Made by a program: the position numbers and the translations under genes. The notes below the pieces were generated by a model. The model did no database searches, was not told where the DNA came from, and saw nothing but the letters and a program-made list of their open reading frames with translations. Of a stretch of 59,966 nucleotides of DNA, positions 16,516 to 26,238 are shown piece by piece (within the stretch, counting starts at the first letter, position 1; each line of letters starts with the position of its first letter). The DNA comes from Minisyncoccota bacterium (GTDB taxonomy: Bacteria > Patescibacteriota > Minisyncoccia > Phycocordibacterales > CAIRYW01), in assembly GCA_041665985.1 (NCBI GenBank), contig JBAYHV010000001.1, positions 1 to 59,966 on the forward strand, read 5' to 3'.

Positions 16516-18645
16516 ATGGATCCCGCACAAGAATTTAAATTAGTATCAAAATATAAGCCTGCAGGAGATCAGCCAGAGGCTATAGAAGCCTTAGTTAAAG
16601 GCGTAAAAAAAGGAAATAGATTCCAAACTCTTTTGGGTGTGACTGGTTCTGGAAAGACTTTCACAGCTGCAAATGTCATAAAACAGATAGGTAAGCCAAC
16701 GTTGGTTATAGCTCACAACAAAACCTTAGCGGCTCAATTAGCGCAGGAATATAGAGAGTTTTTTCCAGAAAATGCCGTACATTACTTCGTTTCTTACTAC
16801 GATTACTATCAACCAGAGGCTTATATGCCCGTAAGCGATACATATATCGAGAAGGAAGCTCAGATCAACATAGAAATTGAAAGGCTTCGTCATGCAACAA
16901 CTCAGGCTCTTCTTACTCGAAAAGACGTAATAATTGTCGCTTCTGTCTCTTGTATTTATGGTTTGGGTAGTCCGGAAGAATATGAAAAAGTAAATTTAAA
17001 AATTTCGGTTGGAGATAAAATATCTAGAAATGATCTAGCCAGAAAATTGATCGATATACATTTTGATAGAACAAATGCAGACCTTACTCCAGGACTTTTT
17101 AGAGCTTTAGGAAATACGGTAGAAATAATGCCAGTCAGTGAAAAAATTATTTTCAAGATTGATTTTGTAGGCGAAGAGATTTCTAAAATTTCCAAAGTTG
17201 ATTATGTAACAAGAAATATTATTGAGGAAATTAAAAGTTTTTTTCTTTTTCCAGCAAAGCATTTTATCACTCAAAAAGAGGACAGAGATAGAGCAATAAA
17301 AACAATTAAAGCTGAACTTGAAAAACAGCTTAAAGTTTTTGAAAAAGAAAAAAAACCTCTTGAAGCTGAAAGAATTAAAAGGAGAACAAATTACGATCTA
17401 GCTCTTATTAGAGAAGTTGGATACTGTAACGGAATTGAAAACTACTCAAGACATTTTTCAGGAAAAAAAGAAGGGGAAGCTCCCGATACTTTGCTTTCCT
17501 ACTTTCCAACAAAACGCAGAACAATACAGAATGAACACGGACAGACGCAGACAATAGTGGAACCAGACTTTCTTACAATAATAGATGAATCACACGTTAC
17601 TGTTCCTCAAATTGGCGGAATGTATGCAGGTGATGCCTCACGAAAAAAGACTTTGGTTGATTATGGCTTCAGACTCCCGTCTGCCAAAGATAACAGACCT
17701 CTAAAATTCAATGAATTCGAGGAGAGGGTTGGACAGGTTATTTTTACCTCTGCTACGCCGTCAGTTTTTGAAAAAGAAAATAGTTCTCAAGTTGTTGAGC
17801 AAGTCATTCGACCAACAGGTCTTATTGATCCAAAGATAGAGATAAAACCTATATTTGAAAAAAAAGGGCAAACCCGCCTGTCATCGCCTGCGGGCTCAGC
17901 CTATGGCGGGCAGGTCAAAGATTTTATTACAGAAGCAAAAAGAGAAATTAAAAAAGGATTTAGGGCGATCGGTACGACCTTGACCAAAAAAATGGCTGAA
18001 GATCTTTCTGAATATTTAAAAGAACAAAATATTAAGGCTGAATATCTTCATAGTGAAATTTTAACTATTGATAGAATTACAATTTTGACTGATTTTAGAA
18101 AAGGGAAGTTTGATGTACTTATTGGAGTTAACCTACTTCGAGAGGGATTAGACCTGCCTGAAGTATCGCTTATTGGAATCTTTGACGCAGACAAACAAGG
18201 TTTTTTGCGTTCAGAAACTTCCCTTATTCAAATTATCGGTAGAGCTGCAAGAAATACTGAAGGCAGAGTGATCCTTTATGCTGAACACGAAACAGATGCA
18301 ATGAAAAAAGCGATCTCAGAAACAGAAAGAAGAAGAGTTATTCAGGTTGCTTATAATGTAAAAAATAAAATCACTCCAAAAACTATAATCAAAAAAATTC
18401 AGGATATTACAGATATGATGCAATCAGAACATGACAAAACTGTTAAAGAGGAAATTCTCATTGGCAAAAAAATGCTAGAAAAAAATCCACGCGAGTTTAT
18501 CAGATCAATTGAAAAAGAAATGGAGGAAGCTGTCAAAGAATTAGATTTTGAAACAGCAGCGATCCTCCGTGATGAAATTAAGGAGATCTATAAAAAATTT
18601 CCAGAACTAATTGTTGGAGGTAAGAAAAAAAATCACAAAAAATAG
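16516..18645 (+). CDS. uvrB: Excinuclease ABC subunit B
   Basis: GDQP.AI..L, GVTGSGKT, DESH, and the C-terminal UVR domain (FE.AA.LRDEI). Contains a GC-rich in-frame insertion at about 17871-17913. Confidence 0.93.
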   Translation: MDPAQEFKLVSKYKPAGDQPEAIEALVKGVKKGNRFQTLLGVTGSGKTFTAANVIKQIGKPTLVIAHNKTLAAQLAQEYREFFPENAVHYFVSYYDYYQPEAYMPVSDTYIEKEAQINIEIERLRHATTQALLTRKDVIIVASVSCIYGLGSPEEYEKVNLKISVGDKISRNDLARKLIDIHFDRTNADLTPGLFRALGNTVEIMPVSEKIIFKIDFVGEEISKISKVDYVTRNIIEEIKSFFLFPAKHFITQKEDRDRAIKTIKAELEKQLKVFEKEKKPLEAERIKRRTNYDLALIREVGYCNGIENYSRHFSGKKEGEAPDTLLSYFPTKRRTIQNEHGQTQTIVEPDFLTIIDESHVTVPQIGGMYAGDASRKKTLVDYGFRLPSAKDNRPLKFNEFEERVGQVIFTSATPSVFEKENSSQVVEQVIRPTGLIDPKIEIKPIFEKKGQTRLSSPAGSAYGGQVKDFITEAKREIKKGFRAIGTTLTKKMAEDLSEYLKEQNIKAEYLHSEILTIDRITILTDFRKGKFDVLIGVNLLREGLDLPEVSLIGIFDADKQGFLRSETSLIQIIGRAARNTEGRVILYAEHETDAMKKAISETERRRVIQVAYNVKNKITPKTIIKKIQDITDMMQSEHDKTVKEEILIGKKMLEKNPREFIRSIEKEMEEAVKELDFETAAILRDEIKEIYKKFPELIVGGKKKNHKK

Positions 18646-18727
18646 GCACAACACGATACCTATTTTTTGTGAGTGTTTTTTCATTATTTCATAAAAAACA
18701 TACAATTTTTACCTCAATAAAATACTT

Positions 18728-18755
18728 TTGTCAAAGCGCTTAATTCTGCTATACT
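18728..18755 (+). promoter_or_regulatory. Sigma70-like promoter candidate for uvrA
   Basis: TTGTCA, 16 nt, TATACT. Confidence 0.4.
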
Positions 18756-18808
18756 GTCACCCTATGGCCCAACAAGGGCTCTATTTTGCTGATTAAACAA
18801 ACAAATAT

Positions 18809-21487
18809 ATGGAAAAACACAAACACCCTAGTAGTAGAGCAGAGCTCACTACGGGGCAAGCATATGAAAAACACATAAAAAAGCTTCCAGGCGATATTGA
18901 AAAGATCGTTGTAAAAGGCGCGCGTACACATAATCTAAAAAATATTAGTTTGGAAATGCCCAGAAATAAACTGATCGCTGTAACTGGCCTTTCTGGTTCT
19001 GGAAAGTCTTCTTTTGCTTTTGATACTATTTTTGCTGAAGGACAAAGAAGATATATCGAATCACTTTCTGCATATGCAAGACAATTTTTGAAACAGATGG
19101 ATAAGCCGGACGTAGATGAGATCACAGGACTTTCTCCTGCAATTTCTATTGATCAAAAATCAAGGTCAAACAATCCTCGTTCAACAGTGGCAACAATTAC
19201 TGAAATTTACGATTATTTGCGTATTCTTTTTGCTCGTATCGGAAAACCACATTGTTTAATTTGCGGACGAGAAATAAAAAAACTTTCGAAAGAAGAAATT
19301 CTTGAAACAATTATTGAAACAGTAGAATCAGTAGGGGAAGAAAAAAATAGCAAAAAGGTCATGGGGGTTTCTGTTAGTACTGCGAAATTTAAAATATATT
19401 CTCCGATAGTTGTTGGAAGAAAAGGTGAGTATTATCAAATGCTTTACGATATGCTTGGAAAAGGTTTTGAAAAAGCTTTGATCGACGGAAAAGAAGTTTC
19501 TTTGCGCGAGCGAGTAGAACTTTCAAAAACAAAAAAACACGACATTGATGTTTTAGTTGATGAATTTTATCTTTCAGAACTGAAAGATAGATCAAAAGGA
19601 TTCTTAGAAAGACTTTCTGAATCAATAGAAAGAGGTCTTACTGAATCAAATGGACTACTTAGAATAGTAATGCCAAATGAATCTAAACTTATTTCATCAA
19701 AATTTATGTGCCCCTACGATGGTTTTTCATATCCAGAGGTGGAACCAAGACTTTTCTCATTCAACTCTCCCTACGGGGCTTGTACTGAGTGTAATGGTCT
19801 TGGAACAAGAGATTTCTTCGTTAAAGAAGCTTGTGAAAAATGTCACGGAGCTCGTTTGCGCGATGAAGCTTTAAATGTTTTTCTTTATGACAAAAAAGAT
19901 TCAGAAAATAAAAATGAACATAAAAATATTGTTGAATTAACAAATCTTTCTGTGCGTGATGCAAAAGATTTTTTTGTTAAAATTTCCTTAACTCCAAAAG
20001 AAAAAGAAATTTCTAAAGTTGTTATCAAAGAAATTCTTGCCCGCCTAGATTTTATGATAAACGTAGGTATTGAATATCTTTCACTAGACCGAAGAGCTGG
20101 AACTCTTTCTGGAGGAGAAGCACAAAGAATTCGTCTCGCAACTCAACTTGGAAGTTCTCTTGTGGGTGCGCTTTACGTTTTGGACGAACCAACTATTGGA
20201 CTGCACCAAAGAGACAACGAAAGACTCATAAAAACTCTTTTAAATCTTCGTGATCTTGGAAATACTATTTTAGTTGTAGAACACGATGAGGACACCATGT
20301 TTGCTTCAGATTTTCTTGTAGATATTGGTCCAGGAGCGGGGATTCACGGTGGAAATGTAGTTGTTTCTGGATACCTAGACGATCTTATTACAGCCAAGAA
20401 AAATGATTCCGGCTCGTCTACTCTTGCATATTTGCGTGAAGAAGAAAGAATTGATGTTCCAGAAAAAAGAAGAACGGACAATAAAGGATCAATAAAAATT
20501 GCTGGAGGAAAAATTTTCAACATTAAAAATTTAAATATTGAAGTTCCTCTTGGAAGATTAATTTCTGTCACTGGTGTTTCTGGATCAGGAAAATCTTCTT
20601 TTGTTTATGAAATTTTGTACAAAAACTTGCAAGCAAGATTAGAAAGAAAACACCGCACTGCTGAAACTCATAATGCAACATCATTTTCTGGTTCAGAATA
20701 TGTTTCAAGAACTATTTTAATTGATCAATCACCAATAGGAAGAACTCCGCGTTCAAATCCAGCTACTTACACAGGAGCCTGGACATTTGTTCGTGATCTT
20801 TTTGCCGCAAGTCCAGAAGCTAAAATGAGAGGCTGGGGACCATCACGTTTTTCATTCAACGTAAAAGGAGGACGATGCGAGACTTGCCAGGGAAACGGAA
20901 TGATCGAGGTTGAAATGCATTTTTTGCCGACTGTTTATGTGACATGTGATGTTTGCAACGGAAAAAGATTCATGAAAGAAACCCTTGAAATAAAATATAA
21001 AAAGAAAAGCATCTACGACATTCTTAAAATGACAATTGAAGAGGCTATTATTTTCTTTGAGGATATTCCTGCACTTTACGATAGACTCAAGGTTTTGGAT
21101 GAAGTAGGTCTTTCTTATTTACAGCTTGGACAATCAGCAACAACACTTTCTGGTGGAGAAGCGCAAAGAGTAAAAATTTCTTCAGAACTTTACCGCGCTC
21201 ACAAAGAAAAAACAATTTATCTTTTAGATGAGCCAACTATCGGACTTCATTATGATGATGTAAAAAAATTAATTGAAATCTTAGAAAGACTTGTCTCTCA
21301 TGGAAACACTGTACTTGTAATAGAACACAATATGGATGTAATAAAATCTTCTGATTATATTATCGACATTGGACCAAACGGAGGAGTTGGAGGAGGCGAA
21401 ATAGTAGCAAAGGGAACTCCCGAGGAAGTTGCAAATAATACTAAATCTTACACCGGTCAATATTTGAAGAGGATTCTCAAAAAATAA
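18809..21487 (+). CDS. uvrA: Excinuclease ABC subunit A
   Basis: Two ABC ATPase modules ([18 protein letters not shown]; LSGGEAQR twice) and zinc-finger Cys clusters. The N-terminus carries a 54-bp in-frame insertion. Confidence 0.93.
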   Translation: MEKHKHPSSRAELTTGQAYEKHIKKLPGDIEKIVVKGARTHNLKNISLEMPRNKLIAVTGLSGSGKSSFAFDTIFAEGQRRYIESLSAYARQFLKQMDKPDVDEITGLSPAISIDQKSRSNNPRSTVATITEIYDYLRILFARIGKPHCLICGREIKKLSKEEILETIIETVESVGEEKNSKKVMGVSVSTAKFKIYSPIVVGRKGEYYQMLYDMLGKGFEKALIDGKEVSLRERVELSKTKKHDIDVLVDEFYLSELKDRSKGFLERLSESIERGLTESNGLLRIVMPNESKLISSKFMCPYDGFSYPEVEPRLFSFNSPYGACTECNGLGTRDFFVKEACEKCHGARLRDEALNVFLYDKKDSENKNEHKNIVELTNLSVRDAKDFFVKISLTPKEKEISKVVIKEILARLDFMINVGIEYLSLDRRAGTLSGGEAQRIRLATQLGSSLVGALYVLDEPTIGLHQRDNERLIKTLLNLRDLGNTILVVEHDEDTMFASDFLVDIGPGAGIHGGNVVVSGYLDDLITAKKNDSGSSTLAYLREEERIDVPEKRRTDNKGSIKIAGGKIFNIKNLNIEVPLGRLISVTGVSGSGKSSFVYEILYKNLQARLERKHRTAETHNATSFSGSEYVSRTILIDQSPIGRTPRSNPATYTGAWTFVRDLFAASPEAKMRGWGPSRFSFNVKGGRCETCQGNGMIEVEMHFLPTVYVTCDVCNGKRFMKETLEIKYKKKSIYDILKMTIEEAIIFFEDIPALYDRLKVLDEVGLSYLQLGQSATTLSGGEAQRVKISSELYRAHKEKTIYLLDEPTIGLHYDDVKKLIEILERLVSHGNTVLVIEHNMDVIKSSDYIIDIGPNGGVGGGEIVAKGTPEEVANNTKSYTGQYLKRILKK
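18826..18856. repeat. 31-nt bulged hairpin element inside the uvrA N-terminal codons
   Basis: ccctagtagtagagcagagctcactacgggg. It is the near-exact reverse complement of 21499-21529. Flanked by the 10-bp direct repeat gaaaaacaca (18812-18821 and 18866-18875). Confidence 0.75.
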
Positions 21488-21498
21488 GAAGAGGCCTG

Positions 21499-21529
21499 CC
21501 CCGTAGTGAGCTTCGCTCTACTACTGGGG
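21499..21529. repeat. Second copy (inverted) of the uvrA-flanking hairpin element
   Basis: ccccgtagtgagcttcgctctactactgggg folds as CCCC/GGGG, GTAGT/ACTAC and GAGC/GCTC stems with single-nt bulges. Confidence 0.75.
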
Positions 21530-21531
21530 TG

Positions 21532-21588
21532 GCAAATAATACTAAATCTTACACAGGACAATATTTAAAGAAGATCCTTAAAAAGTAA
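21532..21588 (+). pseudogene. Orphan duplicate of the last 57 nt of uvrA (would encode [18 protein letters not shown])
   Basis: Aligns base for base with 21431-21487 with a handful of substitutions. Separated from the real stop by 44 bp that contain the hairpin element. Confidence 0.75.
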
Positions 21589-21634
21589 CAAAAGGTTCTA
21601 CTAACCTTACAGATAGACAAAAAAAATACCCTTT

Positions 21635-22039
21635 TTACTGGGTATAGGTATTGGATGCTGTTCTTTTATTTTGACTGAATCCTTTTTCAGAATCCCTGCT
21701 ATAAATGGCCCCGCATCTGGTACATCTCCACTGAGCATTGACCGAATTGTGATGACCGAATATCAGTTCTCTCTCCTCACATCTTGAACTGCAGTAACTC
21801 GTCCATGTAATTCTTTTTCGTGAATTCTTTGTGACACGATCGAGAATTACATACAAGAGAATGATGATCATCGTGATGAGGATAACCATTCCGCAAATCA
21901 CCTCAATAAAAATTTCATTGTGCAAACCAAGGAAATAGAAAACAATCGATGCGCCAATAGCTAAACCAATGACAAATTTCAGAACGTCAAACAAAAGAAC
22001 AATTGAGAATTCAACCTTGCAAAGGAACTCATTTTTCAT
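21635..22039 (-). CDS. Hypothetical small membrane protein with a C-terminal zinc-ribbon-like Cys cluster
   Basis: Two to three TM helices, then CSSRC...CTRC. Has its own promoter copy. Confidence 0.55.
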   Translation of the reverse strand: MKNEFLCKVEFSIVLLFDVLKFVIGLAIGASIVFYFLGLHNEIFIEVICGMVILITMIIILLYVILDRVTKNSRKRITWTSYCSSRCEERELIFGHHNSVNAQWRCTRCGAIYSRDSEKGFSQNKRTASNTYTQ

Positions 22040-22062
22040 AATATCCTAATAAAACTTGGATG

Positions 22063-22091
22063 ACATTAACTCTTACTCATTAATGTGTCAA
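22063..22091 (-). promoter_or_regulatory. Sigma70-like promoter (TTGACA-17-TAATGT) followed by an AGGA Shine-Dalgarno sequence, copy 1
   Basis: Read on the minus strand. It is part of a ~68-bp repeat (22033-22100) that is nearly identical to 22519-22586. Confidence 0.55.
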
Positions 22092-22525
22092 TCTGCAAAA
22101 AAAATACTTAACAAATAATAGAAGTAATTAACTTTACTTGTACGTAAAAAAATGGCCTCCTTATCAATAGGAGGCACTAGAATTCCTTCGTCTTCTTGAA
22201 TTTCACTAGAAACATTAATTGCAATTGAGGTACTGCTCGAAGGTGTCTGGCAAATTATAATATCCAAACATAAATATCGAATAGGTTTCTTTGAGTTGTG
22301 TGTCAATCTGTGAACCCGTCCAGATTCTTCTTTATAAACATAAACGAAACGCCAGAGCCCAATACAACAAACAGTTATGCTGATTATGGATGTGATAGGC
22401 AACTCAAGAATCGTACACATTTGGGAAGATACTCCAAGAGCGTGCAATACCATTGAAACACAAGTTAATTCGCCAACAAAAGTCAAAAAGATAAAAATAG
22501 CAATGAGCAGAATAATTTTTTTCAT
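22088..22525 (-). CDS. Hypothetical small membrane protein
   Basis: 145-aa ORF with N-terminal TM helices rich in Cys. It has the same duplicated promoter/5' UTR as the neighbouring gene. Confidence 0.5.
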   Translation of the reverse strand: MKKIILLIAIFIFLTFVGELTCVSMVLHALGVSSQMCTILELPITSIISITVCCIGLWRFVYVYKEESGRVHRLTHNSKKPIRYLCLDIIICQTPSSSTSIAINVSSEIQEDEGILVPPIDKEAIFLRTSKVNYFYYLLSIFFAD

Positions 22526-22548
22526 AATATCCTAATAAAACTTGGATG

Positions 22549-22577
22549 AGATTAACTCTTACTCACTAATGTGTCAA
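22549..22577 (-). promoter_or_regulatory. Sigma70-like promoter (TTGACA-17-TAATCT), copy 2
   Basis: Second copy of the ~68-bp promoter/leader repeat, with 3 mismatches. Confidence 0.5.
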
Positions 22578-22630
22578 TCGGCAAAAAAATAGCGAAAGTT
22601 TTTTGAACCTTTCGCTGTTAGATAGATCAG

Positions 22631-22852
22631 CTAGATCTTCTTTCCACCCTCAGTGCGATGAATGGTAATAAAGAACCTTTGAGGATCACCGAATCTTGTT
22701 GTGCAAAAGGCACACTCGCACTCAATGACCGTTTCATCAAAGCCAGGATTAACGCGATCTGTCGCGGAAATCTCCGTAAAAGTTCCTACATTCCCACATA
22801 CCCGACATTCGAGACCAGTAGGTATATTTTTAATAACTCTCGTAATGTGCAT
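22631..22852 (-). CDS. Hypothetical 73-aa Cys-rich (zinc-ribbon-like) protein
   Basis: CRVC...CECAFC arrangement. Locally higher GC than the neighbours. Confidence 0.45.
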   Translation of the reverse strand: MHITRVIKNIPTGLECRVCGNVGTFTEISATDRVNPGFDETVIECECAFCTTRFGDPQRFFITIHRTEGGKKI

Positions 22853-22892
22853 AGTTTTTGTTCTGTTCGTATGTTAATCTAAAATATATCCA

Positions 22893-24221
22893 ATGAATAG
22901 TCAATCCTTTAAAACTACAAAGATCCTGCCGGCAGGCAGGCAGGTCCCAAGCACTCCAGGTGTGTATTTTTTTCTTGGAAAAAATAAAAAAATACTTTAT
23001 ATAGGCAAGGCTACTTCTCTTAAAGATAGAGTTAAAAGTTATTTTACTCGTGATATTGCCGAAGTTAGAAGTCCTCTAATTGAAAAAATGGTTCTGGAAG
23101 CAAAAAGTATTGAATGGAAAAAAACTGATTCCGTTTTAGAAGCTCTTTTACTTGAAGCTGATCTGATAAAAAAATTTAGACCACCCTACAACACAAAAGA
23201 AAAAGACGACAAAAGTTTTAATTGTATTGTTATTACCAAGGAAGATTTTCCTCGTCTTTTAATTGTTCGAAAACGTGAAATAAATTTCACCAACCTCAAA
23301 ACTCCTACCTCAAAACTTGCAACTGTTTTCGGTCCCTATCCTCACGGAGCTCAGCTCAAAGAAGCGCTAAAGATCATAAGAAAAATTATTCCTTACAGAG
23401 ATCAAAAATGCATATTAGCGGTAGATCAACTTATTAAAAAACATAAACCGATCCCAACAAATTTTTCTGGAGAAAAACTTGAAGGGACAAGGCCTTGTTT
23501 CAATCAACAAATAGGACTTTGCCCAGGAACCTGTACAGGAGAAATTTCAAAAAAAGATTACACAAAGCAAATCAAAAAACTTGAGCTTTTGTTGTCTGGA
23601 AATATCAAAAAACTTTCTAATGTTTTAGAAAAAGAGATGACCTCTGAGGCCAAGAAAAAAAACTTTGAATCAGCAGGGAAGTTGCGAAATACTTTGTATG
23701 CTCTGACTCATATTCAAGACATCGCTCTTATCAAGTCTGATCAACTCACACCTCACATCTCGAAACTCGAAACTCCATTCCGTATCGAAAGTTACGACAT
23801 CGCACATCTTGGAGGCGAATCAACTATTGGTGTAATGATAGTTCTTGAAGATGGAGAAATTAACAAAAATTTGTACCGAAAATTCAACATAAAAACAGCA
23901 ATAAAAAGCGATGACACCGGAGCCCTCAGAGAAGTGCTCACAAGGCGTTTAAACCACCCAGAATGGCCTTACCCGAGCCTATTTGTCATAGATGGAGGCA
24001 AAAACCAGCTTAATTTGGCCTCTAAAGTGCTAAAAGAGAGGAATATCTCAATACCGGTAGTTTCCGTTTTAAAGGATGAATTTCACAAAGCAAAAGAAAT
24101 TTTAGGCGACAAAAATTTTGCCGAAAAATATGAAAAAGAAATTCTTTTGAGTAATAATGAAGCTCACCGATTTGCTATTACTGCGCACAGAAAAAAAAGA
24201 AGAAAACAATTTTTGGTTTAG
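22893..24221 (+). CDS. uvrC: Excinuclease ABC subunit C, short form without the C-terminal (HhH)2 domain
   Basis: GIY-YIG (GVYFF...ILYIGKA), UVR domain, EndoV-like region ...NEAHRFAI..HRKKR, then stop at 442 aa. Confidence 0.9.
   Translation: MNSQSFKTTKILPAGRQVPSTPGVYFFLGKNKKILYIGKATSLKDRVKSYFTRDIAEVRSPLIEKMVLEAKSIEWKKTDSVLEALLLEADLIKKFRPPYNTKEKDDKSFNCIVITKEDFPRLLIVRKREINFTNLKTPTSKLATVFGPYPHGAQLKEALKIIRKIIPYRDQKCILAVDQLIKKHKPIPTNFSGEKLEGTRPCFNQQIGLCPGTCTGEISKKDYTKQIKKLELLLSGNIKKLSNVLEKEMTSEAKKKNFESAGKLRNTLYALTHIQDIALIKSDQLTPHISKLETPFRIESYDIAHLGGESTIGVMIVLEDGEINKNLYRKFNIKTAIKSDDTGALREVLTRRLNHPEWPYPSLFVIDGGKNQLNLASKVLKERNISIPVVSVLKDEFHKAKEILGDKNFAEKYEKEILLSNNEAHRFAITAHRKKRRKQFLV
22925..22944. 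repeat. GC-rich palindrome cctgccggcaggcaggcagg inside uvrC codons 11-17 (LPAGRQV)
   Basis: Same family as cctgcctgccggcaggcagg at 42465-42484. Confidence 0.7.
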
Positions 24222-24306
24222 AGGAGAGACCTCTCAAGAGGAGGACTCACCTCTAAACATTATCTAAAATTTTAATTTCTCGTAGTTTTTAACTGTTATT
24301 TTTTTT

Positions 24307-24330
24307 GTCATTCCCTTGAAGAAGGGAATC
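24307..24330 (+). repeat. REP-like palindrome gtcattcccttgaagaagggaatc
   Basis: Stem attccct/agggaat; compensatory variant of the 13319 family. Confidence 0.7.
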
Positions 24331-24353
24331 TAGTTTGTTTTTTAGCTTTCCTG

Positions 24354-24377
24354 GATTCCCGTCTGCGCGGGAATGAC
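24354..24377 (-). repeat. REP-like palindrome, inverted copy (ggattcccgtctgcgcgggaatgac)
   Basis: Forms a head-to-head pair with 24307-24330, upstream of ddl. Confidence 0.7.
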
Positions 24378-24415
24378 AACATGCAATATTTTTTAAAAAG
24401 GTATAAAATGAAGGC

Positions 24416-25384
24416 ATGAAAAAAAGAGTTGCAGTCTTAAGAGGTGGTCCTTCCACAGAACACGAAGTTTCTTTAAAAACAGGAACGAGTGTTTTGAGTA
24501 ATCTACCTTCCGATAAATATGAAGCGATCGATATTTATATCGATACCGACGGAGTGTGGCATCAAAAAGGAGTTCCGATGAATCCTCAAGATATTCACAA
24601 AATTGCTGATGTAGCTTTTGTTGCAATGCACGGTCAATACGGCGAAGACGGAACTGTTCAAAAAATTCTAGAAAATATTGGAATTCCATTTACAGGATCA
24701 AGATCATTGGCTTCTGCAATCGGAATGAACAAGACTATTGCAAAAGATTTTTTTAAAAAACAGGGAATTAAAACTCCATATCACAAGGTCTACAAAAAAA
24801 GTGAATACACACCCGAACTTGCAGGTGTTATTTTTAGAACTTTTCCTCAACCATCAGTCATCAAGCCAAACAAAGGAGGTTCATCTATTGGTGTATCCAT
24901 TGTTTACAAAATTCCAGAAATTGAGGAAGGCTTAAGAAAAGCTTTTGAAAGTTGTGATGAAATTATTATTGAAGAATGTATCAAAGGAAAAGAAGCTACT
25001 TGCGGTGTAATAGAAAACTTTAGAGATAAAGACCACTACGCCCTTATGGCAGTAGAAATTGTTCCAAAATCTCATCAAAAATTCTTCGATCACGAATCAA
25101 AATACAGCAGTGAAAGTGGAGCGGATGAAATTTGTCCAGGAAATTTTTCAAGAGAAGAAACAGAAGAAATTCAAAAACTCGCAGTCCTAGCTCATCAAGC
25201 CGTTGGAGCAAATCATTATTCTCGAACAGACTTCATGGTTCATCCAAAGCGAGGTGTTTTTGCTCTTGAAATTAATACTCTTCCAGGACTGACCGAAGCC
25301 TCACTTCTTCCAAAAGAAATTAAAGCTATCGGTTCTTCATATGCCGAACTCCTAGAACACCTTGTAGAATTGGCGTTAGGTTAA
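24416..25384 (+). CDS. ddl: D-alanine--D-alanine ligase
   Basis: VLRGGPS.EHEVSL.TG, HG..GEDG..Q..LE, and an ATP-grasp C-terminal E.N..PG. Confidence 0.9.
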   Translation: MKKRVAVLRGGPSTEHEVSLKTGTSVLSNLPSDKYEAIDIYIDTDGVWHQKGVPMNPQDIHKIADVAFVAMHGQYGEDGTVQKILENIGIPFTGSRSLASAIGMNKTIAKDFFKKQGIKTPYHKVYKKSEYTPELAGVIFRTFPQPSVIKPNKGGSSIGVSIVYKIPEIEEGLRKAFESCDEIIIEECIKGKEATCGVIENFRDKDHYALMAVEIVPKSHQKFFDHESKYSSESGADEICPGNFSREETEEIQKLAVLAHQAVGANHYSRTDFMVHPKRGVFALEINTLPGLTEASLLPKEIKAIGSSYAELLEHLVELALG

Positions 25385-25403
25385 TAAATATTTCTAAAAT
25401 AAT

Positions 25404-25976
25404 ATGATCGGATCGAAACAGAATTCTATTTATATCTTTATAGACGCTTCTAATGTTTGGAGCGTAATAAAATCTGTACGGAAATTTATTGAGTACAAAG
25501 ATTTAAAAAGTTATTTTATGAAGAAGTTTGACTCAAATAATGTTGAAGTGTTTTATTACGATGCTTATCCAAAGATCGGTACAAGAGAATATAATTTGGA
25601 TGCCAAACATAAATTTTTTACATATCTCAAAAAAGGACTTAGTTTTACTGTCAGAAAAAAAGAATTGAAAAGGATTTCGGTTGTAGATAAAAATGGAGAA
25701 TCCGTTATAGAAAAAGGAAATATGGATGTTGAGATAACTATCGATGCCATGCATTTTAAGGATAAATACAGCACAGCTGTGTTTTTTACAGGTGATTGTG
25801 ATTTTTTACCTTTAGTAAATTATTTAAAAAATGATAGCAAAAAAGTTTATATTTTTTCATCAAAGGACAGTATTTCTCATGAACTAAAAACTGGAGGAGA
25901 TGGATATTTTGATATAAGAGAAATTCCTGAATTATGGGGAAAAGGCCTAAATCATAGGGAAAGTAACATAAACTAA
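25404..25976 (+). CDS. NYN-domain (LabA/DUF88-like) putative RNase
   Basis: IFIDASN...GNMDVEITIDAM...FTGDCDFLPLV pattern of acidic residues. Confidence 0.75.
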   Translation: MIGSKQNSIYIFIDASNVWSVIKSVRKFIEYKDLKSYFMKKFDSNNVEVFYYDAYPKIGTREYNLDAKHKFFTYLKKGLSFTVRKKELKRISVVDKNGESVIEKGNMDVEITIDAMHFKDKYSTAVFFTGDCDFLPLVNYLKNDSKKVYIFSSKDSISHELKTGGDGYFDIREIPELWGKGLNHRESNIN

Positions 25977-26238
25977 AACCACCCTCAATTAAGAGGGTGG
26001 CTCTGCGATGTATAACCCTATCAGTTATGGTAAACCAATAGACTTTTATAGTATACGTGCAAGAGGTAAAAAGGCAATAGTAATTTATTAACATACTAAA
26101 GACCTTGCGATTTCGGGTAAATAAGTTAAAATATCTGAACCTAGGTAGTTTTTAGTGCAATTTTGCCTCAAATTATCCTAATTTGATCGATTTTTGAAGT
26201 TTATTTTTCTAGTTTTTATTTTATTGTATTTAAATCCT

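Noticed and set aside
18749-19125. Minus-strand ORFs 18749-18931 and 18793-19125 overlapping the uvrA start. Similar antisense or nested ORFs occur throughout, for example 5797-6264, 7063-7921, 8112-8590, 39650-41038, 54368-54586 and 56756-57428.
   Set aside because: Each overlaps a confidently identified gene on the other strand or in another frame and has low-complexity, stop-avoiding composition. Treated as spurious.
22853-22892. Possible LexA/SOS box upstream of uvrC (tgttctgttcgtatgtt). A similar ttgttcgtatgtt lies at 2281, and a palindrome ttcgttgataacgaa at 149-163.
   Set aside because: No proper GAAC-N4-GTTC or CTGT-N8-ACAG dyad is present. The similarity is short and AT-rich, and no lexA gene lies in the window. 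Too weak to call.
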